A stretch of DNA of 64,000 nt, from the NCBI RefSeq assembly GCF_009914755.1, contig NC_060932.1, one strand, 5' to 3'. This DNA is from the human T2T-CHM13v2.0 reference genome, Homo sapiens. Positions 63,505-64,000 of this stretch are shown here, piece by piece (within the stretch, counting starts at the first letter, position 1; each line of letters opens with the position of its first letter). Both the position numbers and the translations under genes were made by a program. Under the pieces are notes generated by a model. That model saw nothing but the letters and a program-made list of their open reading frames with translations. It did no database searches and had not been told where the DNA came from.

Positions 63505-63796
63505 TGTTGAGAGAAGGTGTCACTCTGTCATTCAGACTGGAGCGCAGTGGCACAATCATGGCTCAGTGCAGCCTCAACCTCCTAGGCTCAAGTGATCATC
63601 CTGCCTGAGCCTCCAGAGTAGCTGAGACTACAGGTGCATACCACCACATTCAGCTAATTTTTTTATTTTTATTTTTTGTAGAGATGAGTTCTTGCTATGT
63701 TGCCTAGGCTGGTCTCAAACTCCTGAGCTCAAGCAATTCTCCTGCCTTGGCTTCCCAAAATGCTGGGATTATAGGTGTGAGCCACCGTGCCTGGCT
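63505..63796 (-). mobile_element. AluJ
   Basis: J-type antisense dimer. Confidence 0.88.
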
Positions 63797-64000
63797 TAAA
63801 ATAAATTTTTTTAAATCCTATGTTGTTACCTGGGCCTGTGATGCACCCAACCTGACCTCTTTGTTCCTGAACAACGCAAGCAAGTCCTTTACACCTGCCC
63901 TTCCTGCCACCTGCATGATCTGCCCCAGGAGTCTGCAGCTCCTTTGCTCCTTTCAGATTTTTATTCAGATTTCACCTTCTCTGAAAGGCATCCCCAATAA

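Overview
This is primate (human-like) nuclear DNA, not prokaryotic: it carries AluY, AluS, AluJ, FAM/FLAM, L1PA and THE1/MST elements. Most of the window is transposable-element debris, often nested with recognisable target-site duplications (TSDs): Alu, L1, L2/MIR, MaLR and ERVL LTRs, and Tigger/hAT DNA transposons. I see no intact protein-coding gene, rRNA, tRNA or CRISPR array. Most long or low-complexity entries in the ORF track read through repeats. The one clear gene-derived feature is a full-length processed pseudogene of PDCL3 (50955-51991, + strand). Its 5' coding region carries a local inversion-duplication that forms a perfect 24-bp inverted repeat, one arm antisense to the parent mRNA. 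This is the most interesting signal. Other oddities are a templated insertion inside MER82, an orphan L1PB 5'UTR inside an LTR, a MER6 with V-SINE cargo, and a few low-confidence exon or regulatory candidates in unique sequence. I found no convincing evidence of a new multi-component biological system. Repeat subfamily names come from recalled consensus sequences and need RepeatMasker/Dfam confirmation.
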